This document shows, in pieces, positions 1 through 8,250 of a stretch of 32,000 nucleotides of DNA. The DNA is from Candidatus Arthromitus sp. SFB-mouse-Japan. GTDB lineage: Bacteria; Bacillota; Clostridia; Clostridiales; Clostridiaceae. Position numbers and translations under genes: made by a program. Under the pieces are notes generated by a model, which did no database searches, had not been told where the DNA came from, and was given only the letters and a program-made list of their open reading frames with translations. Within the stretch, counting starts at the first letter, position 1; every line of letters begins with the position of its first letter. The DNA lies in NCBI RefSeq assembly GCF_000270205.1, contig NC_015913.1, positions 30,001-62,000 on the forward strand, in the 5' to 3' direction.

Positions 1-565
1 TTCTATATTTGATGAAAAATTTTTAGAAGAAGTTTCAAATATGAAAGAGAAGAATTTGGCAGTTGAAATGTTAAAGAAACTTTTAAATGAACAGATTTCA
101 GTATATAAAAGGAATAATATTGTTAAATCACAAAAATTTTCGGAAATGTTAAATAAGGCTATGAGGTTATATATAAATGGAATGATCACAAATGAAGAGA
201 TAATAGAAGAGCTATTAAAGATGGCACGAGATATATCACGCTCCTCAGAAGAGGCAGAATCACTTGGACTTAGTGATGAGGAGATGGCATTTTATGATGC
301 ACTAACTCGACCAGAGGCTATAAAAGATTTTTACACAAATCAAGAACTTGTAGCACTCACTCGTATGCTTACAGACAGCTTAAGAAGAAGTAGAACTATA
401 GATTGGCAGAAAAAGGATACTGCGAGAGCAAAAATGCGTAGAATGGTTAGAAAACTTTTAAAAGACTATGATTATCCACCAAAAGGTTTAGAGGATGCCG
501 TGGCAACAGTATTATCTCAATGCGAAATTTGGGCAGATTTTGGAGAAGAAAGTTATAGAGTTTAA
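1..565 (+). CDS. hsdR: Type I restriction enzyme R subunit (HsdR), C-terminal fragment; the 5' part lies upstream of the window
   Basis: Frame 2 is open from the window edge to TAA 563-565. The product (..FDEKFLEEVSNMKEKNLAVEMLKKLL..EEMAFYDALT..DWQKKDTARAKMRRMVRKLLKDYDYPP..) matches the conserved C-terminal helical domain of type I R subunits. Confidence 0.8.
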   Translation, partial: SIFDEKFLEEVSNMKEKNLAVEMLKKLLNEQISVYKRNNIVKSQKFSEMLNKAMRLYINGMITNEEIIEELLKMARDISRSSEEAESLGLSDEEMAFYDALTRPEAIKDFYTNQELVALTRMLTDSLRRSRTIDWQKKDTARAKMRRMVRKLLKDYDYPPKGLEDAVATVLSQCEIWADFGEESYRV

Positions 566-605
566 AAAATGCATCTCAAAATTTATTGAGATGCATTTTT
601 ATTTT
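566..605. terminator. Bidirectional rho-independent terminator between convergent hsdR and chrA
   Basis: Perfect 11-bp stem ATGCATCTCAA (569-579) / TTGAGATGCAT (586-596) with a 6-nt loop. An A-run precedes it and a T-run follows it. Confidence 0.75.
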
Positions 606-1135
606 AAAAAAATTACTCCAAGTATTCCTGATAGCAAAATTATTTTTAGAGGTGATAGTTTAAATTTTAAATTAAATAGGAGCAAGATCAAAAATAATAT
701 TAGATTTATTTTATCTATTCCTGATGATGAAAAAAGTGATTTACTTGCAATATTTATAACGGAATAAATTAAGAGTGAAAGTATTACAGGTCTTATATTT
801 TTTAGAGTGCTTTCAAGATAAATGTTATTTTTAAATTTGTTTATGAATTTTGATACAAGGATAATTATTATAAAAGATGGAAGAACTACTCCAAGCGTTG
901 AGAATATAGCACCTATTATTCTAGAATTTCTGAAACCAATGAATGTACTTATATTAATTGCGAAAGGTCCCGGGGTTGATTCTGATATTGCGATGAATTC
1001 TAGGAGTTCATTGTTAGTTGCCCAAGAATATTTAAGTATGTATTCTTTAATTAGAGGTATCATTGCATACCCACCACCGAATGTAAAGAGACCAATTTTA
1101 AAGAATACAGAAAGAAGCATAAAATTTATTCCCAT
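599..1135 (-). CDS. chrA: Chromate ion transporter (CHR) family, short single-domain subunit, second of a pair
   Basis: 178 aa and multi-TM. The N-terminal FFKIGLFTFGGGYAMIPLI motif and SESTPGP motif are typical of CHR proteins. ATG 1135-1133 directly abuts the TAA of the upstream paralogue, and GAGGGAAG lies upstream. Confidence 0.8.
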   Translation of the reverse strand: MGINFMLLSVFFKIGLFTFGGGYAMIPLIKEYILKYSWATNNELLEFIAISESTPGPFAINISTFIGFRNSRIIGAIFSTLGVVLPSFIIIILVSKFINKFKNNIYLESTLKNIRPVILSLLIYSVINIASKSLFSSSGIDKINLILFLILLLFNLKFKLSPLKIILLSGILGVIFLK

Positions 1136-1681
1136 TTAAATCTTCCCTCTAAATCTAATTATTAAAATGTTTATAATGATAGATATAATTAAAATTGTAA
1201 TTGAACTTATAGGAGTAAAGAAACATAACAAAAGTACAAGTACCATTATTGGATAATAGTATTTAGTTTTTTTAGATTTTTTGTTCATCTTTAATACTGT
1301 AAATGCGAGCATAACTATAACTCCTATTTTTATACCGCTAAGAAAACCAGATATTATTCTAATTTCTTTAAAGTAATCTAAGAAAAATGATATCAAGAGT
1401 ATTATTATAAAGGATGGAAGAACTATGCCAAGAGTTGATACAGTTGCACCAATAAAACCACAAAGTTTGTAACCAATAAATGTCGCACAATTTATAGATA
1501 CAGGTCCTGGTGTGCATTCAGAAATTGAAAATATATCAAGCAGCTCATCTTGAGTTATAAATTTGTTTTTCTCAGTTATTTCTTTTTCGATAAATGGTAA
1601 CATTGAATATCCACCGCCAAAGGTTAGTAGCCCAATCTTAAAAAAAGTAGTAAAAAGAGTATATAAAGTTTTGCGCTTCAA
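1136..1681 (-). CDS. chrA: Chromate ion transporter (CHR) family, short single-domain subunit, first of a pair
   Basis: 181 aa with FFKIGLLTFGGGYSMLPFI and SECTPGP motifs. TTG start at 1681-1679 lies 5 nt after GGAGGG. Paired short CHR genes are a known arrangement. Confidence 0.8.
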   Translation of the reverse strand: MKRKTLYTLFTTFFKIGLLTFGGGYSMLPFIEKEITEKNKFITQDELLDIFSISECTPGPVSINCATFIGYKLCGFIGATVSTLGIVLPSFIIILLISFFLDYFKEIRIISGFLSGIKIGVIVMLAFTVLKMNKKSKKTKYYYPIMVLVLLLCFFTPISSITILIISIIINILIIRFRGKI

Positions 1682-1693
1682 GTTATCCCTCCA

Positions 1694-2810
1694 TTAATTT
1701 TGTTTTATAAATATAAAATTCTTATCTTCACAAAAGTTTTTTATATTGTAGTAGATTAGAATCTCTTCTAAATTATTTTCCTTAAGATAGTTAATTATAT
1801 TTTTTGTGTAAAACCTTAAATCTAATACGTGTATTTCCTCAAAGTGATTTACTAAAAAAGGTATAAAAGAGTTAGCATAAGAGTCTTTTATTATACACAA
1901 TTTTTTATTGTTATGAATAGATGTAGTTATTTTAATTAAGGGATGATTGTTATCAAGAAATATATTATAGTGATCTCTAGCGTTATTTAAATATGAAAAG
2001 TTATAAAGAGAAGTTGACTTTTTAGTAACATAGTCAACTGTTAAATCATTTTTTTGTTTACTTCGGAAAATGTATACTTCGTCTGGAGTAATGCCAATTA
2101 GGTTAACTTTAGAGAATAATGATCCAAGAAATGTATTAGACACCCTTTTAATTAAAAAATTATCTTTGTTAAGTGGGGTAATGATATTTTCTTCGCAAAA
2201 TTTTAAATAGGAGTAATAAGCTCCGAGAGTTGTGTAATGATGATCTGTTTTATAGTAGATATATTCATTTTTATGTAAGTTAAATATCTCAATTGGATTT
2301 ATAAATTTAATATTATTATTTAATGCATTTTCTATGTATTTTAACAGTTTAACCTGATCTACATTTACTGAATATGGAGGAAGATAATCTTTTAATATTT
2401 CTGTAGAAGTTGGTATTATCATTAAACTAATTTTATAGTTTGTAGATAAATCATTTATTAAGTTTAAGTTATTATTAATTATATTTAAATTGATATCTTT
2501 GAAAGTTTCTATTAAGTAATTATTTTTTGCGATGTAAATGTTATTTATATCTCTTCGACCTATTAAAAATTCAAATGATGACTTTAAAGTTATGAAGTTA
2601 TTTCTAAAAGGAAAATGGTCTTCAAGGTAAGAAGAAAATTCATCATTAAATTTTCCAGATGTAAGTGATTCCATAGAGAATTCTGGAAATTTTTGATAAA
2701 TATCTATTTTCTATAAATGAAAAATCCTTATCTTTAAATAAAATGTGTAAAACAGGAAAAATAAAAATTATTATTAAAAATATAATGCTAAGTAAATAGT
2801 TCCTTTTAAT
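1694..2810 (-). pseudogene. DHHW-family (AlgJ/AlgX-like, predicted SGNH) protein partner of the MBOAT acyltransferase; frameshifted, with no ATG start
   Basis: ORF 1694-2674 (326 aa) has ..YYKTDHHYTTLGAYYSY.. (DHH[WY] motif). The missing N-terminus IKRNYLLSIIFLIIIFIFPVLHILFKDKDFSFIENRYLSK (TM anchor plus ENR motif) is encoded at 2695-2810 in another frame. Removing one T of the T5 run at 2690-2694 (A5 on the coding strand) joins the frames as ..ENRYLSKFPEFSMESLTSGKF... The only start candidate is ATT 2810-2808, 5 nt after AGGAAGTGG. Confidence 0.7.
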
Positions 2811-2828
2811 TTATACCACTTCCTTTTA

Positions 2829-4199
2829 TTAAAATCTGAAGTATAGAAATGGGTTGAATGATGAATTAACTATAAATGATATACTTATTAAAAACATTAT
2901 AATTAAAAATATTTTTGCTAGGATAGGGGATATTTTTGATTTAATATTTTTTATTATAGGAGTCGAAAATATGATTGATATAATAAAATAAATGATGAAA
3001 TTTGTAAAATAATATAAAAATGTCATATCTATAAAATTGTCTATAGAAATCATTTTAAATATAAATCCTTTTAGATAATTAAAATCTTCAAATACAAAAA
3101 TACACCATCCAAATAACACTATAATTATTAAATAAATTCTAGATAATATTTTGCTATTTTCGAGAAATTTAAGTAAAAATATCTTTTCAATAAGTATAAA
3201 TATAAAAAAGTAAATTCCCCAGAGTATAAAGTTAAAATTAGCACCATGCCATAGACCTGTGAACATCCAAACAATAAATAAATTAAAATATTTATGTCGT
3301 CTATTCCCTCCTAGAGGTATATACAAATAGTCTTTAAACCATGATCCTAAAGAGATATGCCATCTTCTCCAAAATTCAGTTACACTTCTTGACATATAGG
3401 GGTAGTTAAAATTTTCGTTAAATTTAAACCCAAACATGTATCCAAGTCCTATTGCCATATCTGAATATCCACTGAAATCAAAATAAATTTGAAAGAAGTA
3501 TGAAAATATACACATCCATGCTGTGAGAGTTGACATATTAGATAGAGGTAATTCTGTTAGTGTACTAAATAGGTATCCCATATTATTTGCAATGATTACT
3601 TTTTTGCAAATCCCTTCCATAAATCTAGTTACCCCATTATCAAACAATTTAATATTCTCTCGAGATTTATTATTTATATCTTTTTCAATACTTTTGTAAG
3701 TAACAATTGGTCCTGCGATGAGTTGAGGAAATAATGATATATATGCTCCAAATGATATGAAATTTTTTTGCACGTCTATTTTATTTAAGAAGATATCTAC
3801 TGTATATGAAAGAGTTTGAAAGGTGTAGAATGATATACCTATTGGTAGAGGAAGAGGAGAATAATTTATATTTAAATTAAATACTACATTTAAAGACTTA
3901 ATAATAAGTGACGAATATTTAAAGAAACATAGCATAGATAAATTAACTACAATAGATAGTGTAAGGAATGCGATTTTTAAATATTTAAAGTTTTTGTATT
4001 TATCTATCAATAATCCTATTGTGTAATCTAAGATGGTTGAGAAGATCATGAGGAAAATATACAAAGGTTCTCCAAAGGCATAGAACAAAAGACTTGCTAA
4101 GAAAAGTACAGCAAGCCTAATTGATTTTGGAGATATATAATAAATAAATAATGTAATTGGTAGGAAAAAAAATATAAATATTAAACTAGAGAATACCAT
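2829..4199 (-). CDS. MBOAT family membrane-bound O-acyltransferase (AlgI/DltB/PatA-like)
   Basis: Polytopic membrane protein with FYTFQTLSYTVDIF and WRRWHISLGSWFKDYLYIPLGGNR (the MBOAT catalytic His region). The track ORF starts at TTG 4229. ATG 4199 gives the family-typical N-terminus MVFSSLIFIFFFLP, so I prefer it. Confidence 0.85.
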   Translation of the reverse strand: MVFSSLIFIFFFLPITLFIYYISPKSIRLAVLFLASLLFYAFGEPLYIFLMIFSTILDYTIGLLIDKYKNFKYLKIAFLTLSIVVNLSMLCFFKYSSLIIKSLNVVFNLNINYSPLPLPIGISFYTFQTLSYTVDIFLNKIDVQKNFISFGAYISLFPQLIAGPIVTYKSIEKDINNKSRENIKLFDNGVTRFMEGICKKVIIANNMGYLFSTLTELPLSNMSTLTAWMCIFSYFFQIYFDFSGYSDMAIGLGYMFGFKFNENFNYPYMSRSVTEFWRRWHISLGSWFKDYLYIPLGGNRRHKYFNLFIVWMFTGLWHGANFNFILWGIYFFIFILIEKIFLLKFLENSKILSRIYLIIIVLFGWCIFVFEDFNYLKGFIFKMISIDNFIDMTFLYYFTNFIIYFIISIIFSTPIIKNIKSKISPILAKIFLIIMFLISISFIVNSSFNPFLYFRF

Positions 4200-4218
4200 T
4201 AAACATCCAATCCCTTTA

Positions 4219-5286
4219 TTATTTTTCAAATAATTTTAATATATCATCACTATTTTTTGAGAAACAAAATAGTATATGATCTTCTATACTTAAAAGAAGA
4301 ACATTATTTTCAATTTTAAATTCATTATTAGTATGTTCATTAATCGAACTTAAAATACTAGATATTCTCAAATTAAGTTTATTCATTAAAGATTGATCTG
4401 ATAAGTTTTTAGGTTTAAATATAAAAAGTTCAAAATAGTTTGAACTTAATTCTTTAGAATGTATGAGTTTATAATCTTCTATTTCAGTTATGTCAATACC
4501 ATAATTTAATGAAATGAAAGAATTATTAGCGTATGTGTATGGTTGTAAGGTAATGTTTTCTAATATTTCATCTAGTATAAGTTTCGAAGTACTCTGAGGT
4601 TGCCCTTGTATAGGTTCATAGTCATTAGTATTTTTAGCCGAATTATATAAAGCCTTTTCATAAATTGCGTTTATTTCTTCTTCTCTAGTTAGAAATTTAT
4701 TATTGTTTGTATTATTATTTTCATTTTCTTGGGGTGTATCTTCAAAAGATGGTGGAGGAATATTAGGAATGACTTCATCTTCTTTGTCTGTTTCATCTTG
4801 ATAATTATTATCTAGATAGTTTAAAAAATCATTTAATAAGTTTGTATATTCAGTCTCTAAGTTTGAGTAGTTATTCTCAAGTGAATTTATATATTTTTCA
4901 TATTCATTAGTTAAATATGTCTCGTTTTCTGATAAATAATTCATATATTCATTTGATATATCTTCAGCAATTTTTTCAACTTCACTAAGTGTAAAAAGTT
5001 CTTCTAAAATTTCTTTATTTTCAGGTGATTTATCTAAAGGTATATTTTCTATAATAGGATATGATGATAGTCCTATTGTGTAATCATATAATCCAAGGGA
5101 AGGAGTTTCCTCATTATTTAAGTTTATTACATTTTCATTTGTATCTATGGTTCTTGTTGATATTTGTAAATTATCTTCTGTATTTTCTGTGACTTTATTT
5201 TCAGATATAGTGTTTCCATTACAAGATGTTAAACCAAATAGTGTTAATGATGATACAATTATAGCTGATTTTTTATTTATAATCAT
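4219..5286 (-). CDS. Lipoprotein with an Asn/Glu/Tyr-rich linker and a DUF4358-like C-terminal domain
   Basis: Signal peptide with lipobox MIINKKSAIIVSSLTLFGLTSC. AAGGAG lies 8 nt before ATG 5286. The C-terminal ~110 aa resemble the neighbouring DUF4358-like protein. The domain assignment is from memory of the family, not a search. Confidence 0.6.
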   Translation of the reverse strand: MIINKKSAIIVSSLTLFGLTSCNGNTISENKVTENTEDNLQISTRTIDTNENVINLNNEETPSLGLYDYTIGLSSYPIIENIPLDKSPENKEILEELFTLSEVEKIAEDISNEYMNYLSENETYLTNEYEKYINSLENNYSNLETEYTNLLNDFLNYLDNNYQDETDKEDEVIPNIPPPSFEDTPQENENNNTNNNKFLTREEEINAIYEKALYNSAKNTNDYEPIQGQPQSTSKLILDEILENITLQPYTYANNSFISLNYGIDITEIEDYKLIHSKELSSNYFELFIFKPKNLSDQSLMNKLNLRISSILSSINEHTNNEFKIENNVLLLSIEDHILFCFSKNSDDILKLFEK

Positions 5287-5293
5287 AATTAAA

Positions 5294-5330
5294 TCTCCTT
5301 ATAATTTTAAGGAGAATAATAATTCTCCTT
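5294..5330 (-). promoter_or_regulatory. Two mutually exclusive 8-bp hairpins built from SD / anti-SD / SD elements in the intergenic spacer
   Basis: The minus-strand transcript reads TAA-AATAATTT-AAGGAGAA-TTATTA-TTCTCCTT-AAAATTAT-AAGGAG-ATTTAATT-ATG. The central TTCTCCTT(A) can pair with the upstream AAGGAGAA or with the real SD (T)AAGGAGA of the 4219-5286 gene. Confidence 0.4.
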
Positions 5331-5338
5331 AAATTATT

Positions 5339-5824
5339 TTAAAAAATATTATTTAGATTGTTTTCAAATGTTTTTATATCCTTGTGTAGTGCAAATATAA
5401 TGTAGTTACCGATAGTATTTAAGTATGGATTCGTTATTAAATCATATTCTGATTGTTTAACAGTTCTAAAATCATTTTCTAATATTTCAATTCTTCTTTG
5501 TATGCCTAATATAACCTCATTTGCGTTTGTTTTATCTTTTAAATGGAATATAGATATCTCAACACCAGATGTATTTTCCTGAGAAACGTTTGATATATAG
5601 TCTATCAAAATGCTTGGATCTAAAGCGTACAAATCTAAAATTTCATCTTCATTTAAACTTTTAAATTTTGGTAGATCTAATCCTTTAGTGGCCATATCGA
5701 AGATTTCATTAGAGGAAATATTAAGGTCATTTGTATACTCATCACTAACATTTAAATAATCAGTATTACAAGATGTTAAACACAAAAATATAAATAGGAG
5801 TGAAATAAATTTAAGTAATTTCAT
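5339..5824 (-). CDS. Small lipoprotein, DUF4358-like
   Basis: 161 aa with lipobox MKLLKFISLLFIFLCLTSC. GGAG overlaps the proS stop codon. The C-terminal pattern (..EISIFHLKDKTNANEVILGIQRRIEILENDF..YDLITNPYLNTIGNYIIFALHKD) resembles DUF4358 proteins, which commonly neighbour MBOAT/DHHW pairs in Clostridia. Confidence 0.6.
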   Translation of the reverse strand: MKLLKFISLLFIFLCLTSCNTDYLNVSDEYTNDLNISSNEIFDMATKGLDLPKFKSLNEDEILDLYALDPSILIDYISNVSQENTSGVEISIFHLKDKTNANEVILGIQRRIEILENDFRTVKQSEYDLITNPYLNTIGNYIIFALHKDIKTFENNLNNIF

Positions 5825-5836
5825 AATTTTATGCTC

Positions 5837-7276
5837 CTAATAAGATTTACCAAACAAAACCATAGTATCAGTAGGTTTATTACAGCAAATACATTTATCA
5901 TATAATTTTGTTTGATCAAACGGTATACATCTTGATGTTATAGATACTTCATTTTTTATTTTTGTTTCACATTCCTCATTGTCACATAGCATAACTTTAG
6001 TAAATCCAGATTTAGATTTATAAATGTTTTTTAAATCTTCTATTGTCTTAGCTACGTATGTTTTTTGTTCTCTAATTTTAAGAGCTTTTTCAAATAATTT
6101 TTCATGAACTTTATCTAGATATTCTTTTATAATTTCATTTAAATTTGAGTTTAAAGGTATCATAACTTTTTCACCAGTATCACGTCTATATAAAGTTATT
6201 GAGTTTTTTTCAAAATCTCTCGAACCAAGCTCTAGCCTTAGGGGAATTCCCTTCATATCATATTGATTGAATTTCCATCCTGCAGATTTATTTGATTTAT
6301 CTATTAAACATCTGAAATGTTTTTTGAGATGATCATATATTTCATAGGCTTTATTTATGATTTTGTCATCTTTAATGTTAATAGGAACAATTATAACTTG
6401 TATGGGAGCAATTCTTGGAGGAAGACAAAGTCCCTTATTATCACCATGAACCATAATTATAGATCCTATTAATCTTGAGGATACTCCCCATGAAGTTTGA
6501 TGTACATATTTTTGTTCTCCATTTTTATCTGTAAAGGTAATGTTAAATGCTTTAGCAAATATATCAGAAAAATAGTGAGTTGTGCCACTTTGAAGCGCTT
6601 TTCCATCATGCATCATACTTTCGATTGTGTAAGTTTGTTTTGCACCAGCGAATTTTTCAATATTTGTTTTTTTACCCTTAATAACTGGAATTGCCAATAT
6701 GTTTTTACATAATTCCTCATATATATCGAGCATTTTTAATACTTCTCTCATAGCATCATCTTCATTTTCGTGTGCTGTGTGTCCTTCTTGCCATAAAAAT
6801 TCCGTTGTCCGTAAAAATGGTCTTGTTGATTTTTCCCATCGAACAACAGAGCACCATTGATTATAAAGTTTTGGTAAATCTTTATAAGATTCAATAATGT
6901 TTGAGTAGTGTTCACAAAATAAAGTTTCTGATGTTGGTCTAACACACATTCTTTCATTTAACTTTTCATTTCCGCCATGGGTTACCCAAGCAGCTTCAGG
7001 AGCGAATCCTTCGACATGATCACTCTCTTTTTTTAGTAAAGATTCAGGTATGAACATGGGCATATAAATATTCTCATGTCCTGTTTTTTTAAATTTTTTA
7101 TCTAGATAGCTTTGTATATTTTCCCAAATTTTAAATCCATAAGGTCTGATTATCATACAGCCTTTTATGCTTGAATACTCAGCTAGCTCTGCTTTTTTAA
7201 TTATGTCTGTATACCACTTAGAAAAATCTACATCCATAGATGTAATTTCCCTAACCATTTTTTTCTCATTACTCAT
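5837..7276 (-). CDS. proS: Proline--tRNA ligase, archaeal/eukaryote-like class IIa type (about 480 aa, no INS editing domain)
   Basis: 479 aa with class II motifs (..FRTTEFLWQEGHTAH.., ..GKALQSGTTHYF..) and a C-terminal Cys-rich domain ending ..MVLFGKSY, characteristic of the short ProRS type. Confidence 0.92.
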   Translation of the reverse strand: MSNEKKMVREITSMDVDFSKWYTDIIKKAELAEYSSIKGCMIIRPYGFKIWENIQSYLDKKFKKTGHENIYMPMFIPESLLKKESDHVEGFAPEAAWVTHGGNEKLNERMCVRPTSETLFCEHYSNIIESYKDLPKLYNQWCSVVRWEKSTRPFLRTTEFLWQEGHTAHENEDDAMREVLKMLDIYEELCKNILAIPVIKGKKTNIEKFAGAKQTYTIESMMHDGKALQSGTTHYFSDIFAKAFNITFTDKNGEQKYVHQTSWGVSSRLIGSIIMVHGDNKGLCLPPRIAPIQVIIVPINIKDDKIINKAYEIYDHLKKHFRCLIDKSNKSAGWKFNQYDMKGIPLRLELGSRDFEKNSITLYRRDTGEKVMIPLNSNLNEIIKEYLDKVHEKLFEKALKIREQKTYVAKTIEDLKNIYKSKSGFTKVMLCDNEECETKIKNEVSITSRCIPFDQTKLYDKCICCNKPTDTMVLFGKSY

Positions 7277-7320
7277 TATGTAGACACCCTATCCTTATTG
7301 AAAAAATTTCATTTATATAA

Positions 7321-7329
7321 ATTATAACA
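7321..7329 (-). promoter_or_regulatory. Candidate extended -10 (TGTTATAAT) for proS
   Basis: The reverse complement of 7321-7329 is TGTTATAAT, about 45 nt upstream of the proS ATG. The -35 is weak (TTCCAT). Confidence 0.3.
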
Positions 7330-7386
7330 TTAATACATATTTTATGGAATATTTATAATTGTGTAATAATAAGTGTGTGGAGAATT

Positions 7387-7986
7387 ATGAGCGAAGTTGA
7401 AATAATAATAGGATTTAATGGGAGTGGAAAAACATTATTTTTGAATTCATATATAAGAATGAAAAATATAAAAAATAATGAAAAGATACTTGTTTTATGC
7501 TTTGATAGGGGTAATACGAGTATTAATTATGTTATAAATGATAATATTAAGATTAAATTTGTGGATTATAATTTTCAAATTGATGATAATAAATTGTTGT
7601 ATTTGATAGAGATACATAAACCTCATTTTATATTCATTGAAGGAGATTATATATTGATAAAGTATATAGATAATATTCTTAGTAGCAAGTTATTAAAAGA
7701 TAAGATATTTATTACCTCAAGAATAAATATTATAAATTCAAAGCATATCAATCTTGTATTAAAAAATAGAGTATGTAAGATCTATAGTAATATAGTTATA
7801 ATCAATAATTTTGATGATATTGAATTATATAACAATGATTTATTTATGATTAAAGATATAAATAGAAATGCATTTGTATTTTGTGTTAATCATTATGGAG
7901 AGTTGTATGAAAAATTTAAGAATTATAAACTTATTAGGAATGATTTTTATGAAAATATATTTAAATGTATTAAGTATTTAATATAA
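7387..7986 (+). CDS. Degenerate CobW/G3E-like P-loop NTPase lacking the CxCC metal motif
   Basis: Walker A GFNGSGKT lies near the N-terminus, with a Walker-B-like HFIFIEGD. IVIINNFDD replaces the NKxD box, and there is no Cys motif. ATG 7387 follows GGAG (7379-7382). The track start GTG 7375 is less likely. Confidence 0.55.
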   Translation: MSEVEIIIGFNGSGKTLFLNSYIRMKNIKNNEKILVLCFDRGNTSINYVINDNIKIKFVDYNFQIDDNKLLYLIEIHKPHFIFIEGDYILIKYIDNILSSKLLKDKIFITSRINIINSKHINLVLKNRVCKIYSNIVIINNFDDIELYNNDLFMIKDINRNAFVFCVNHYGELYEKFKNYKLIRNDFYENIFKCIKYLI

Positions 7987-8000
7987 AACATATTTTATAT

Positions 8001-8029
8001 TTGACAATGGTTATAAAATTTAATACAAT
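8001..8029 (+). promoter_or_regulatory. Sigma-A type promoter for tRNA-Arg
   Basis: TTGACA (8001-8006), a 17-nt spacer, and TACAAT (8024-8029), about 25 nt upstream of the tRNA 5' end. Confidence 0.65.
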
Positions 8030-8054
8030 AACATACGAAATATTATATATGTTT

Positions 8055-8129
8055 GCTCTCATAGTTTAATGGATAGAATAGCTCCCTCCTAAGGAGTAGA
8101 TACAGGTTCGATTCCTGTTGAGAGTGCCA
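8055..8129 (+). tRNA. tRNA-Arg (anticodon CCT)
   Basis: 75-nt cloverleaf. Acceptor GCTCTCA/TGAGAGT, anticodon arm GCTCC-CTCCTAA-GGAGT, T arm ACAGG-TTCGATT-CCTGT, and an encoded CCA. Confidence 0.9.
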
Positions 8130-8130
8130 A

Positions 8131-8160
8131 AGAGTGCCATTTGATATGGCACTCTTTTAT
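8131..8160 (+). terminator. Rho-independent terminator after tRNA-Arg
   Basis: Perfect 10-bp stem AGAGTGCCAT (8131-8140) / ATGGCACTCT (8146-8155) followed by TTTTAT. Confidence 0.8.
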
Positions 8161-8250
8161 TTAATTATTATATTTATTAACAAATAGAGATTATAATTTT
8201 ATGTAATATAGAATTAATTCAAAATTAAAATTATTTAGGAGTGGTTATTT

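Noticed and set aside
495-1139. Plus-strand ORFs 495-767 and 822-1139
   Set aside because: The first runs through the hsdR terminator, and both are antisense to the chrA gene. They have no homology-like features and no RBS.
4650-5000. Repetitive-looking Asn/Glu/Tyr-rich stretch in the 355-aa lipoprotein (..NEYMNYLSENETYLTNEYEKYINSLENNYSNLETEYTNLLNDFLNYLDNNY..), considered as a DNA tandem repeat
   Set aside because: I could not find an exact nucleotide repeat unit. It looks like a compositionally biased, coiled-coil-like linker rather than a tandem repeat or a contingency tract.
7277-7386. T-box or other leader riboswitch upstream of proS
   Set aside because: Only about 110 nt separate proS from the divergent gene. 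I found no specifier hairpin, T-box consensus or terminator/antiterminator pair. The leader after the candidate -10 is about 45 nt.
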